From: a virus
Taxonomy: Duplodnaviria > Caudoviricetes
Length of the DNA stretch: 64,000 bases
Virus record (IMG/VR): IMGVR_UViG_3300027867_000005
Coordinates: 506 to 64,505 of that record
Reading direction: 5' to 3' (one strand)
Shown here: in pieces, positions 55,359 through 64,000 of the stretch
How positions within the stretch are numbered: the stretch's first letter is position 1
Layout: every line of letters begins with the position of its first letter
Translations under genes and position numbers: made by a program
The notes under the pieces: generated by a model
What the model was told of the DNA's origin: nothing
Seen by the model: the letters and a program-made list of their open reading frames with translations, nothing else
Databases searched by the model: none

Positions 55359-55670
55359 ATGGCATGGAGTCGCATGATCGACATGGAGCTCGACGATGAG
55401 GACAAAGTCGAGACGATGTGCCCGCCAGCCCTTGAGAATGTGCCCGATTACCCATGGGGTCTGCGGATCACGCTGACGCACCGCGAGCTTGAAAAGCTTG
55501 GCCTCGACGATGATTGCTCGGTTGGCGACGTGATCGATCTGCGAGCCTTCGCCCGCGTGTGCTCGATTTCGAGCAACGAGACGGCGATGGGACCGGAGTG
55601 CCGCATCGAGCTGCAGATAACCCAGCTCGCGGTAGAGAACGAAATGGATGAAGAGGACATGCCGGGCTGA
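55359..55670 (+). CDS. Epsilon15 gp10-like capsid staple protein
   Basis: YPWGLRITL...LGL...VG...VCSIS...ELQIT. Confidence 0.75.
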   Translation: MAWSRMIDMELDDEDKVETMCPPALENVPDYPWGLRITLTHRELEKLGLDDDCSVGDVIDLRAFARVCSISSNETAMGPECRIELQITQLAVENEMDEEDMPG

Positions 55671-55728
55671 GGCGTTTGCCTCTTACGGCTCCGATTGCCG
55701 GCGCCGGCATAGACAGGGATTACCGATC

Positions 55729-56337
55729 ATGAGCGACGCGCGCGATACCGCGATGGTACCGAACCCGAACCGCGACGAAACCGATTACGGACGCGCCAGC
55801 CACATCGAGCGCATCAATCCTGGCGACAACCCGGCGGCTGCGCCGTGGGCTGCAGGAACTTTCCCGGTTCCTCCCGAGCCACCGCAGGAACGCGGCATAA
55901 AGCGGCTTTACCGCATGCTGATGAAGGGCACCCACGATGGCGTTCTTCACCGTGCGGGCTCGACGGTGATGCTCTACGACGACGAGGTAGGGCCGCACCA
56001 CCAGTTGACGCCGGAGGGGACGCAGCCGCTTCCGGCGGCTGCGGTGGGCAGCGTGCGCGATCCGCGGGACGAAGAGATCGCGAAGCTGCGCGGTGTGCTG
56101 GCGTCACACGAGACGGCACTGTCGGGGCTGACAGCCATCGCTGAGCACGCCGATGAATTGGCGCGACTGCATGATGTCATCGATGCCCTCACCCGCGAGC
56201 GCGACGAAGCGCGGGCCGAGATCGATCGTCTGAAGGCTGAGATGGCCGCTATGGCGCCTGCGGTAGAGGTGATACCCGCTACCGATGCCGCGCCGATGCC
56301 AGTTCCCGATGCTCCTGCGCCACCGCCTGCGGTCTGA
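55729..56337 (+). CDS. Hypothetical coiled-coil protein
   Basis: ORF in the late operon. Confidence 0.6.
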   Translation: MSDARDTAMVPNPNRDETDYGRASHIERINPGDNPAAAPWAAGTFPVPPEPPQERGIKRLYRMLMKGTHDGVLHRAGSTVMLYDDEVGPHHQLTPEGTQPLPAAAVGSVRDPRDEEIAKLRGVLASHETALSGLTAIAEHADELARLHDVIDALTRERDEARAEIDRLKAEMAAMAPAVEVIPATDAAPMPVPDAPAPPPAV

Positions 56338-56365
56338 TGGCGATGCTTATCTGGAGGGAAGGTTC

Positions 56366-58369
56366 TTGATCTGCTCATTCAGTTTTCGATCGCTGCTGGC
56401 AGCGGCCGCCGTTCTCCTAGCGGCGGCCGTTTTCGGTTGTGCCGATGCCGATGCGCAAGGTGCCGTACAGGCGTACCAGCCGCAGGTCTACGGCCACGGC
56501 GCGATGTTCGGGCCGCAGAGCAACTACATCATGGATGCCGGCGGTCCGACGCAGAACGGGTTGCCGCCGACGAACCTGACAAACCCCGGCACGTCGCCGC
56601 TGGGTTACCAGTGGGTCAATTCCGGTCTCGGCACTTGCGGGTTCAGCGCCTATGCCAACCAGACGGCATGGTCGTCTTTCTGCATGGGATTTGACGGCTC
56701 GGGCAACGCTTTGCTGTCGATCAGCGGCGTCAACCAGACTCCCAGCGCCTATGTGAACCTGAACGGGGTGCGCTATCCGCTGGTCGCGGGCGGCGGCAAC
56801 ATGGTCGGGCCGTCGCTCAGCGTTGCGGACGATCTGCCGTCATTCACTGACACGACGGGGAAGCTCATCAAGGATAGCGGCTTTCCCTCGGCTGGTGTTC
56901 CGGCAGGGACGATGCTGGCGTTTCCGCCCGCCAATTGGTCGCCGGCCGCACCGAGTGCATGCTGGACATGGGTATCGCCGCCTGGTGTGCCGTCAGTCAA
57001 TTGCGCGTCAACGGTAAGCGCGGGCCTTGCGGAAGCGATGGCGATCCGCGCGCAATATGGCCTCTCGATGCGGATTTACGGACCGGGCGAGAATCTGTTG
57101 GGCGGCGGGGGAGGCAGCAGCACCTACCCCTATATGAGTTCGACGGTCGCTATCAACACCGGCCAGATGGCGCAGCAATCCATCATTGCGCAGGGCGTGA
57201 ACCTGACGATCGCCGGGGTGACGGGTTGCGCCTTCACCATCAACACGATGAATGACGGATCGAATTTCTATTGGGGCGGTCTCATCGTCGACGGCAACAA
57301 TGCCCCGACATCATCGAGCCACGCCGTCTGCATTCAGCCGACGAGCAACGCACCGGTGGAAGGTTTCCCGATCGTCGTTGCGGTGCCGATCTACATCGGC
57401 GGCATCGCCTTTGGCACCGGTGGCGCGCCATCCGTCGCTGCGGGCGATGACCTCTTTATCGACCCGTCGACCGCCAGCGTGCAGCGCGCCGACATCACGG
57501 TTGGTGAGATCAACTGCAATGGTCCAGGGGCCGGAGCGGTGTCAAATGCCGGCATTCGGATAGGCCCATCGACGCTGAACACGGCTATGTTCAGCACGCA
57601 TGTGCGTGTGTTTGATCTGCATAATTGCGTGAACGGCGTTATCGATGGGGGAACGGTCGTCAATCCTGGCCCATTCGCCAATGATTTTCGGCTCGATAAC
57701 GTCAGCCTGTCAGCAGACGTTTCCGGGAACAAAGGCATCGCCTTTGACGAGTTCGGCTATAACAACGACATAACCATGCCGACCGTCAACACGTTCGAGG
57801 GTCCCTACAACACCGCGATCAAATTCGAGACCGGATCAGGGGCGTCGGCGCGCGCGGGCGCGATTGGCGATCGTGTTCACATCGAAGCGGAAGGCTATTC
57901 AGTCGGGATAGGTTGGATCGATGTCACCGCCGGAGCTGCCGGTCATGACATGGAGTTCAACGGCAACCATGTGCTGGGCCGGCTTCTTGTGGCTTGGACA
58001 CCAGCGCTTAATTTCAGCTCGGCGTCGACGGGGATCACCTATTCGCTGCAGAGCGGCGCGATCCTGCAGAACGGCAAGGAGATCACGGCGGATTTCAATC
58101 TGACGCTCACGTCAAAGGGTAGCGCGAGCGGCGTCGCGACGATTGCCGGCCTTCCTATCGAGCCGCAAGGCACATATCCCGGCGTCTGTAGCATCAATGA
58201 CTATAGCAATATGGCCTCACTAACGGGACAGCCATTTGGTTCCATTCCAACAGGAACAACTTCTATCGCACTTTACCTTCCTGGGTCAGCCGGCCAATTT
58301 AACATCGCTGACACCAATTTTACCAATACGACGCTGATCACCGGCACCTGTCACTATCTGACCAATTGA
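56366..58369 (+). CDS. Tail spike/fibre-like protein with a signal peptide
   Basis: TTG start after GGAGG; FTDTTGKLIKDSG fibre motif; beta-rich body; C-terminal WTP.L...IAGLP domain. Confidence 0.7.
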   Translation: MICSFSFRSLLAAAAVLLAAAVFGCADADAQGAVQAYQPQVYGHGAMFGPQSNYIMDAGGPTQNGLPPTNLTNPGTSPLGYQWVNSGLGTCGFSAYANQTAWSSFCMGFDGSGNALLSISGVNQTPSAYVNLNGVRYPLVAGGGNMVGPSLSVADDLPSFTDTTGKLIKDSGFPSAGVPAGTMLAFPPANWSPAAPSACWTWVSPPGVPSVNCASTVSAGLAEAMAIRAQYGLSMRIYGPGENLLGGGGGSSTYPYMSSTVAINTGQMAQQSIIAQGVNLTIAGVTGCAFTINTMNDGSNFYWGGLIVDGNNAPTSSSHAVCIQPTSNAPVEGFPIVVAVPIYIGGIAFGTGGAPSVAAGDDLFIDPSTASVQRADITVGEINCNGPGAGAVSNAGIRIGPSTLNTAMFSTHVRVFDLHNCVNGVIDGGTVVNPGPFANDFRLDNVSLSADVSGNKGIAFDEFGYNNDITMPTVNTFEGPYNTAIKFETGSGASARAGAIGDRVHIEAEGYSVGIGWIDVTAGAAGHDMEFNGNHVLGRLLVAWTPALNFSSASTGITYSLQSGAILQNGKEITADFNLTLTSKGSASGVATIAGLPIEPQGTYPGVCSINDYSNMASLTGQPFGSIPTGTTSIALYLPGSAGQFNIADTNFTNTTLITGTCHYLTN

Positions 58370-58372
58370 GCG

Positions 58373-60208
58373 GTGCACGCCATGTTCTCAAGCATCAGAT
58401 CATTGCTGGCTGCGGCGGCGCTGCTTGTGCTGTCGGCACCGGCGCATGCCCAAGTGCCGCCGTCGCCGCCATTCCTCAATCCGCCAATCACTGCCGGCGA
58501 CTGTCTCAAGGCCGGGTCGTCGTTCGGGGCGATCAGCGATGCGGGATTTTCCTGCACGGGGAGCGGGGTTCTCCCGACACTGGCCGCGAACAGCATCCTC
58601 GAAACGAACGGCACACCAACGGCGTCGTGGCAGACAAAGCTTTTCGGCTGGACGCCACAACTCGGCATCGCTGACAATTCGACGACGACAGTCGGCGGGA
58701 CGAATACGGGCTTTGCCGTTGGCGATCAACTGACGCTGAATGACGGCTGCGCGACGCACGGGGTCATCATCGTCAGCATTGTGTCAGGCGGCGCCATCCA
58801 GGCTAACGGCTGGGTCATCTCGAACAAGGGCGTGTGCGCACAAGCACCGGCCAACCCGGCCGCAGTCGGCATCCTGTCATCGACCGGTGGAAGCACCAAT
58901 GCGACATTCAATTTGACCTATGTGCCGGTCAACATGGGCAGCCTATCCATAGCCGGATCGTCTTCGATCAACAACGGCAATCTCCTGATTTCACCGACCG
59001 TCTTCAAGTCAATCGGTACCGAGACGACGATCATAGCTGGGGGCTTTACTGGCCAGTACTGGTCGCAGGGGAATTTCAATACCTTCCTCGGCCTTGGCGT
59101 GGCGCAGAGCGGTGCGAACTGCGCCGGCAGCGTTACGGCCGTCGTGTTCGACACCGACACGCTCGGCGGCACCGATGCGGCGCGCAACTCCTGCGGCATG
59201 GAGCGGGTCACGCTTTGGGGTTCCGGCGCGATGAAGAACTATACCGGCGTCGAGACCACGCCGGGCAGTCACATGGCGTTCGGCACGGTTGCGGTCGGGG
59301 CCAATGCGCTTTTGAACTGGAACGGCACGACATTCCCGTGGAATACAGCGGTTGGCGACAGCGCGTGCCAAGGCGCGAGCGGCGCCACCTTCACCAATGC
59401 TTCGTGCTTTGGCTCGAACACCGGCAAGAACCTGACGAGCGCGAGCAATGTGCTCATCCTGGCCGGCGGCGGCAACGGGCGGGACACATGCTCATCGTGC
59501 AGCGGCGTCATCGATATACTGAGCGGATCGCAGGCCAGCACGCTCTCGGCGACCGCGACCAACACCATCAACTTCGACAACTCGCTGCGGATCACCGGCA
59601 CTAACACGCCGAGCACATCGGTAACGACGGCCGAAGGCAGCCTGACCGTTGCCGGCGGCGCGCTCACGGCGACGAACGGCAGTTCGACGGTACCCGCGAT
59701 TACGTTCGCCGCCGGTGACAGCACCGGGCTGTCAGAGACCTCGGCCGGGACGGTGGCACTCTTGGCCAGTGGGGTCACCAATGCCAGCTTTACCAGCACG
59801 ACCACGGCATTGACTATGACCGCGACCAGCGCCGCGCAGGCCGGAACGCTCTGCGGATCGACCTCGACGGGCGGCACGATCACGATCGATACTACTCTCG
59901 GCTGTCTTTCGTCAGATGAGCGCTTGAAGCAGATCGGCACCCCGCTCGCCGATCCTACGGAGACGCTCATGCGTCTGGAGCCGATTGTGTACCGGTGGCG
60001 TCCCGACGCCCCGCGGGCGAAGGATGATCCCGGCGACCATATCGGACTTGGTGCCTTTGCGACGGCTTATGCCGATGAAAGGCTGATTGCCCGCGGCGCC
60101 GATGGGCAGCCGAGGGCATGGCGCCAGGATGCGATGATCGCGCTGCTGGTCGCCGTGGTGCAGCGGCAACAGAGCGAGATCGAGGCGCTCCAGAAAGCGC
60201 GGCAATAA
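58373..60208 (+). CDS. Tail fibre with a signal peptide and a C-terminal S74 intramolecular chaperone
   Basis: AHA|Q signal; NTAVG..A repeats; SDERLK...L.PIVYRW...LVAVVQ..Q.EIEAL. Confidence 0.85.
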   Translation: MHAMFSSIRSLLAAAALLVLSAPAHAQVPPSPPFLNPPITAGDCLKAGSSFGAISDAGFSCTGSGVLPTLAANSILETNGTPTASWQTKLFGWTPQLGIADNSTTTVGGTNTGFAVGDQLTLNDGCATHGVIIVSIVSGGAIQANGWVISNKGVCAQAPANPAAVGILSSTGGSTNATFNLTYVPVNMGSLSIAGSSSINNGNLLISPTVFKSIGTETTIIAGGFTGQYWSQGNFNTFLGLGVAQSGANCAGSVTAVVFDTDTLGGTDAARNSCGMERVTLWGSGAMKNYTGVETTPGSHMAFGTVAVGANALLNWNGTTFPWNTAVGDSACQGASGATFTNASCFGSNTGKNLTSASNVLILAGGGNGRDTCSSCSGVIDILSGSQASTLSATATNTINFDNSLRITGTNTPSTSVTTAEGSLTVAGGALTATNGSSTVPAITFAAGDSTGLSETSAGTVALLASGVTNASFTSTTTALTMTATSAAQAGTLCGSTSTGGTITIDTTLGCLSSDERLKQIGTPLADPTETLMRLEPIVYRWRPDAPRAKDDPGDHIGLGAFATAYADERLIARGADGQPRAWRQDAMIALLVAVVQRQQSEIEALQKARQ

Positions 60209-60240
60209 TCGCCGCCGCAACCAAAGACAGGATTTAGCCC

Positions 60241-60843
60241 ATGCCAACGCAAGCCGGGATCGTCAACGAAGCATTGGCGATGATCGATAGCCAAGCGACC
60301 ATCACCGCCCTCAACGATGGCAGTGTCGAGGCAAATGCCGCGACGCAAATTTATACCCCGACGCTGCAAATGCTGCTCCGCCAACTCGATCCGGACTTCG
60401 CCCGCACGACGAATGCTCTGGTCGCCGCTGCCGCATCGTCGCCGTTGCCCCCCTTCCAGTATGAGTATGCCTATCCGGCCGATTGCCTGCGGGCACGGCA
60501 GGTAGCGCCCCCTCCCACCGGGACGGGATCATTGGCCGATCCTTTCGACCCGAGGCCCATCCCCAGCGAGATCGCCTACGATCCGAACGGCGGCGGCGTC
60601 AGCACGCCCGAAAAGGTGATCCTGACCAACCAGCAGAATGCGTGGCTCAGCTACACCACGAGCAACGTCACCGAGGCGATGTTTGACGCCGCGTTTGTCG
60701 AAGCCTTTGCGCGCCGTATCGCCAGTCCGCTCGCGATGGCTATCGCCGGCCGCCCGGATTTCGCACGCGAGTTACTCGAAGAAGCCGAGCGTTATGCTGC
60801 CCTAGCCGAGTTGGTTGATGAAAGAGCGGATGGTAGTGCGTGA
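60241..60843 (+). CDS. Tail tubular protein A / adaptor paralogue 1
   Basis: IVNEAL...DGSVEAN...FAR...YAYPADCLR...FDAAFVEA. Confidence 0.8.
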   Translation: MPTQAGIVNEALAMIDSQATITALNDGSVEANAATQIYTPTLQMLLRQLDPDFARTTNALVAAAASSPLPPFQYEYAYPADCLRARQVAPPPTGTGSLADPFDPRPIPSEIAYDPNGGGVSTPEKVILTNQQNAWLSYTTSNVTEAMFDAAFVEAFARRIASPLAMAIAGRPDFARELLEEAERYAALAELVDERADGSA

Positions 60844-60847
60844 ATTT

Positions 60848-61013
60848 GCTGAGGGTCGGTCGCTACTCCGACGCGGGTGATCTTTTGGCGCCACCCTGGC
60901 ACTGCCGGCGAAAAGGAGCTAACTCCCGAAACCCTCCGGACAAGCTATCTTCCCGAGGTCGCTAGCCCTCGCATCGCTTTCTGTTGCGCGTCTGCATTCC
61001 GCGCTGCCTCAGC
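60848..61013 (-). ncRNA. tRNA-shaped non-coding element B
   Basis: Closing stem GCTGAGG/CCTCAGC, hairpin GCGCG/CGCGC, T-arm-like GTCGG-AGTAGCGA-CCGAC; covaries with element A. Confidence 0.65.
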
Positions 61014-61032
61014 AAAATCAGGATAAGCTACA

Positions 61033-61659
61033 ATGGCCCAGAGTGTCGAGGACATTTGCAACCAAGCGCTCCGTGCGGCCGGTAGCCGCAAACGTATTGG
61101 TTCTATTTACGACGGTTCTCCGGAAGCGCGCGCGTGCCTTGATTTCTACGGGCAAGTGCGAGACGAGGTGCTGCAGGAGCAGGATTGGCCTTTCGCAATG
61201 CGCGAGGCTGCGCTGACATCGGCATCCCCTGCGCCACCGTGGCCATGGATCGCCGAATACATCTACCCATCGGACGCCTTGCGCATTCACTACGTACAGC
61301 CCTCGCAATCCCAAGTGCCAGATCCTTTCGACCCACAGGCGGTGCAATTCCAGGACTTCAACGATCCGCGCATACCGGGGCTGGCGCTGCTGTGCAGCCT
61401 GCCGGCAACACCGTCGCCGCCGATCGCCATCTATGTCGGGCGCGTGACCAACCCCTCGCAATGGCTGCCTGAGTTCACCAACACCTTCATCGCGAGGCTG
61501 GGAGCCAAGATCGCTCTGTCGCTCTCGCAAAACATCGATGTCAGCAAGCAGGCATGGGCGATCTCGGACATCACCGAACAGAACGCCGCGTCAGTCAATG
61601 ACACGACGCCGCCGCGGCTGCCGATGACGACGGGCATGGAAAACCAGCGGAGCCGCTGA
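61033..61659 (+). CDS. Tail tubular protein A / adaptor paralogue 2
   Basis: ICNQAL...DGSPEA...WPFA...YIYPSDALR. Confidence 0.8.
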   Translation: MAQSVEDICNQALRAAGSRKRIGSIYDGSPEARACLDFYGQVRDEVLQEQDWPFAMREAALTSASPAPPWPWIAEYIYPSDALRIHYVQPSQSQVPDPFDPQAVQFQDFNDPRIPGLALLCSLPATPSPPIAIYVGRVTNPSQWLPEFTNTFIARLGAKIALSLSQNIDVSKQAWAISDITEQNAASVNDTTPPRLPMTTGMENQRSR

Positions 61660-62324
61660 TGGCGACGACAGTCGAGCAGATCGTCAACCAAGCGCTCTAC
61701 GCGATCGGCTATCCCCGGCGCATCGGTAATATCTATGAGGGCACCGCAGCGGCGCGGGCAGCGCTCGAAGTCTACGGCCAGACGCGCGACGAGGTGCTGT
61801 CGGCGCAAGACTGGCCATTTGCTCGGGCTGGCGGCGCACTCCCGCTGACGTTGCTGAAAGGGCCGCCGCCACCCGGAGGCTACAGCCCGTTGCAGCCGTG
61901 GTCGCCGATCTATCCGGCTGCCGGTTTCCTCTATGAATACGCCTATCCTGCAGACTGCCTCGAACTGCGCGCTGTGATTGCGCCGCCGCTGGCTCTCCCG
62001 AACCTTGACCCGAAGGCCGTATCGTGGCGGCTCGACAACGATGCAACGCCCGTCCTTTCCGGGCCATATACGCAATTCCCGGCCGCGCCTCCTACGGTCT
62101 CAGGGCCGCCGCAGAAAGTCATTCTCACCAACCAGGGGAGCGCCCTCGCCGTCTATCGGCGCCGGATCACCAATCCGTCGCTGTGGACCGATCAGCTTTT
62201 TGTCGCGATGTTCATCGCTGCACTGGCGAGCAAGCTGTCATTGGTGCTGACCGGACGCCCCGGCGATGACCAAGCCAAGATGGCCGCAGCGACGGGCGCA
62301 CTGGCTGATCTCACGAAGGGCTGA
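61659..62324 (+). CDS. Tail tubular protein A / adaptor paralogue 3
   Basis: IVNQAL..IG...WPFAR...YAYPADCL. Confidence 0.8.
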   Translation: MATTVEQIVNQALYAIGYPRRIGNIYEGTAAARAALEVYGQTRDEVLSAQDWPFARAGGALPLTLLKGPPPPGGYSPLQPWSPIYPAAGFLYEYAYPADCLELRAVIAPPLALPNLDPKAVSWRLDNDATPVLSGPYTQFPAAPPTVSGPPQKVILTNQGSALAVYRRRITNPSLWTDQLFVAMFIAALASKLSLVLTGRPGDDQAKMAAATGALADLTKG

Positions 62325-62326
62325 CG

Positions 62327-63271
62327 ATGGCCTTTTACACGCCTGCTGACATTGTGAACAGGTCCTTGAACGCTCTCGGGGTGCCGTTCGCGATCGGGAG
62401 CCTTGAAGACGGCACCGATATCAGCGAGACGGCGCGGCGTGCGTATGGGCCGATGCTGCGCCAGCTTTTGCGCGCAGCTCACTGGAACTTCGCGCGAGCG
62501 GTCGCCAAGCTGGAACTGCTAGGCGACGCCAGCGGCAACTCGCAGGCTCCCCAGGGCTATCCGACCGGGCAATCACCGCCGCCGGGACCGGGGGTGCCGA
62601 TCTCCAATATCGTCGAACCGCCATGGGTCTATGCCTACGCATGGCCGGGCGACGGCGTTGCCGCCCGCTGGCTGCCGTGGCGGCTCGAGCCCGTTCCGAG
62701 CAACAACCCGCCGCTCTATACCGGGCAGCAGAACAGCAACCAGTTGCTCATCAACCAGCATCCGGCGCGGTTTCTCGTGTCGTCCAGCAACCAGTATCCG
62801 ACGATCGTCGACCCGGTAGATTGGGATCGGTTTCCCGATTTCGAGAGTACTGAAGGCGTCGGCCCGATCGGGCGCCGCATCATCCTCACTAACGTTCCGT
62901 TCGCTCACCTCGTCTACACCCGGCTCGTTCTCTCGATCGAGGAATGGGATCCGATGTTCGAGGAAACCATGGTTGCCTTCATGGCCCAGCGGCTTGCGCT
63001 GGTCGCATGCAAGGCGGCGAAGATGTCGGACGCGGAGGCGATCAAGCTGCGCAACGATCAGATCGGCATCGTCAAGGAGCAGCTGATGGAGGCGCGCACC
63101 CGCAACGCCAACGACGCCGGTTTCCCGCAGACGCCTGACCATATTGCGCCGTGGACGCGGGCACGGCGGTACGGCGGCTCACGGTGGGGCGCTGGCGGTC
63201 TCGGCATCGGGCCGGGAGTGCTCGGCTACGGGTGGGATACGCTCAGCATGGGTTCGGGAAACGTGTTCTAG
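62327..63271 (+). CDS. Tail tubular protein A / adaptor paralogue 4
   Basis: IVNRSL..LG...HWNFAR...YAYAWP...WDPMF. Confidence 0.8.
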   Translation: MAFYTPADIVNRSLNALGVPFAIGSLEDGTDISETARRAYGPMLRQLLRAAHWNFARAVAKLELLGDASGNSQAPQGYPTGQSPPPGPGVPISNIVEPPWVYAYAWPGDGVAARWLPWRLEPVPSNNPPLYTGQQNSNQLLINQHPARFLVSSSNQYPTIVDPVDWDRFPDFESTEGVGPIGRRIILTNVPFAHLVYTRLVLSIEEWDPMFEETMVAFMAQRLALVACKAAKMSDAEAIKLRNDQIGIVKEQLMEARTRNANDAGFPQTPDHIAPWTRARRYGGSRWGAGGLGIGPGVLGYGWDTLSMGSGNVF

Positions 63272-63907
63272 CGATCGTAAAGCCATTCCTGCGGATAATA
63301 CCACGGGGTTTGAGAAGTACGCGTCGCACCGCATGCACGGCACTCATCTAGCCAAATTGGCATCCACGGACAGATAACCGGTTTTACCTTCCAGTCATGG
63401 CCGCCGAAAATCCAGCAGATCAGCCGCCTCATTCCGTCTCTGCCTTCTGATCCGCCAGTGCGGCGTCGATCATCATCATCCACGCAGTCTTAGTGTTTTC
63501 GAGCGTCCAATCTTCCGGCTTTTCGTGGTGCTCGTACATTTCGGCTTCGCCAGCTTCCACCATCGCCTCTGTCGGCTCGCGCATTGCAGCGATGGCGGCG
63601 CGGGCGCATGCAAGACAATCATCTCGGTTAGAAATTGGCGCATCCTGCCAAGGGCGCACGCCAACAGGATCGGTTTTGTAGATTGCCTCAGCCACTCGCT
63701 CCACCATCTCGTTCATTCGACCAATCCAGCCGAAAGCTTGCGCATCTCTTGGAGTATATCGGCCTGCTCACTCTGCTCGGCTTCGATCAGGCGATGAAAC
63801 AGCCCCGGCATCAATTCGAGGTACGTGACAGCCCGCAATTGCCTCTCGGTAATCGCATTCCCGCTGGAGATTTGACCCCTAATCGCCGCTCTCAGCATCT
63901 CATTCAT
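63268..63907 (-). other. Counter-oriented cluster of three small ORFs (63268-63432, 63429-63716, 63713-63907)
   Basis: ATGA-coupled; ARAAIAAMREPTEAMVEAG and LICWIFGGHDW are common small phage motifs. Confidence 0.65.
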
Positions 63908-63943
63908 AACAGCCTCATTTGTCGTTGGAGATGATATTACCAG

Positions 63944-64000
63944 ATGACGATCCCGACGATACAGCCTAATTTTTCTGCCGGTGAGATTACCCCGGAATTG
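63944..64000 (+). CDS. N-terminus of tail tubular protein B (runs off the window)
   Basis: MTIPTIQPNFSAGEITPEL is the typical start of this family; follows the adaptor genes. Confidence 0.75.
   Translation, partial: MTIPTIQPNFSAGEITPEL

Noticed and set aside
51477-60208. Diversity-generating retroelement, as in BPP-1
   Set aside because: No reverse transcriptase and no template/variable repeat pair were recognised.

Overview
The window is almost the whole genome of a GC-rich, short-tailed dsDNA phage with a BPP-1/epsilon15-like head and T7-like tail and ejection genes. The host is probably an alphaproteobacterium, inferred from GcrA-like and GapR-like genes and a BTLCP protease. The sequence looks circularly permuted: the gene open at position 1 (tail tubular protein B-like) appears to start at 63944. 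Layout: 1-11.9 kb tail nozzle and internal virion proteins; 12-15.9 kb lysis and accessory enzymes; 16-34.8 kb mostly leftward recombination, replication and early genes (RecT, RusA, helicases, methyltransferase, primase, two atypical tRNAs); 35-38 kb regulators; 38.4-64 kb packaging, head and tail genes. I found no integrase, CI repressor, DNA polymerase or RNA polymerase. The most notable observations are: (1) a terminase intein whose HNH endonuclease is encoded on the antisense strand; (2) two related tRNA-shaped non-coding elements antisense in the late operon; (3) four tail-fibre-like proteins with Sec signal peptides and paired cysteines; (4) a scaffold C-terminal motif reused by three small proteins; (5) long-range RNA stems that loop out free-standing HNH genes; (6) a miniature capsid paralogue; (7) four tandem tail-adaptor paralogues. 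All calls come from reading motifs by eye; no database searches were run.
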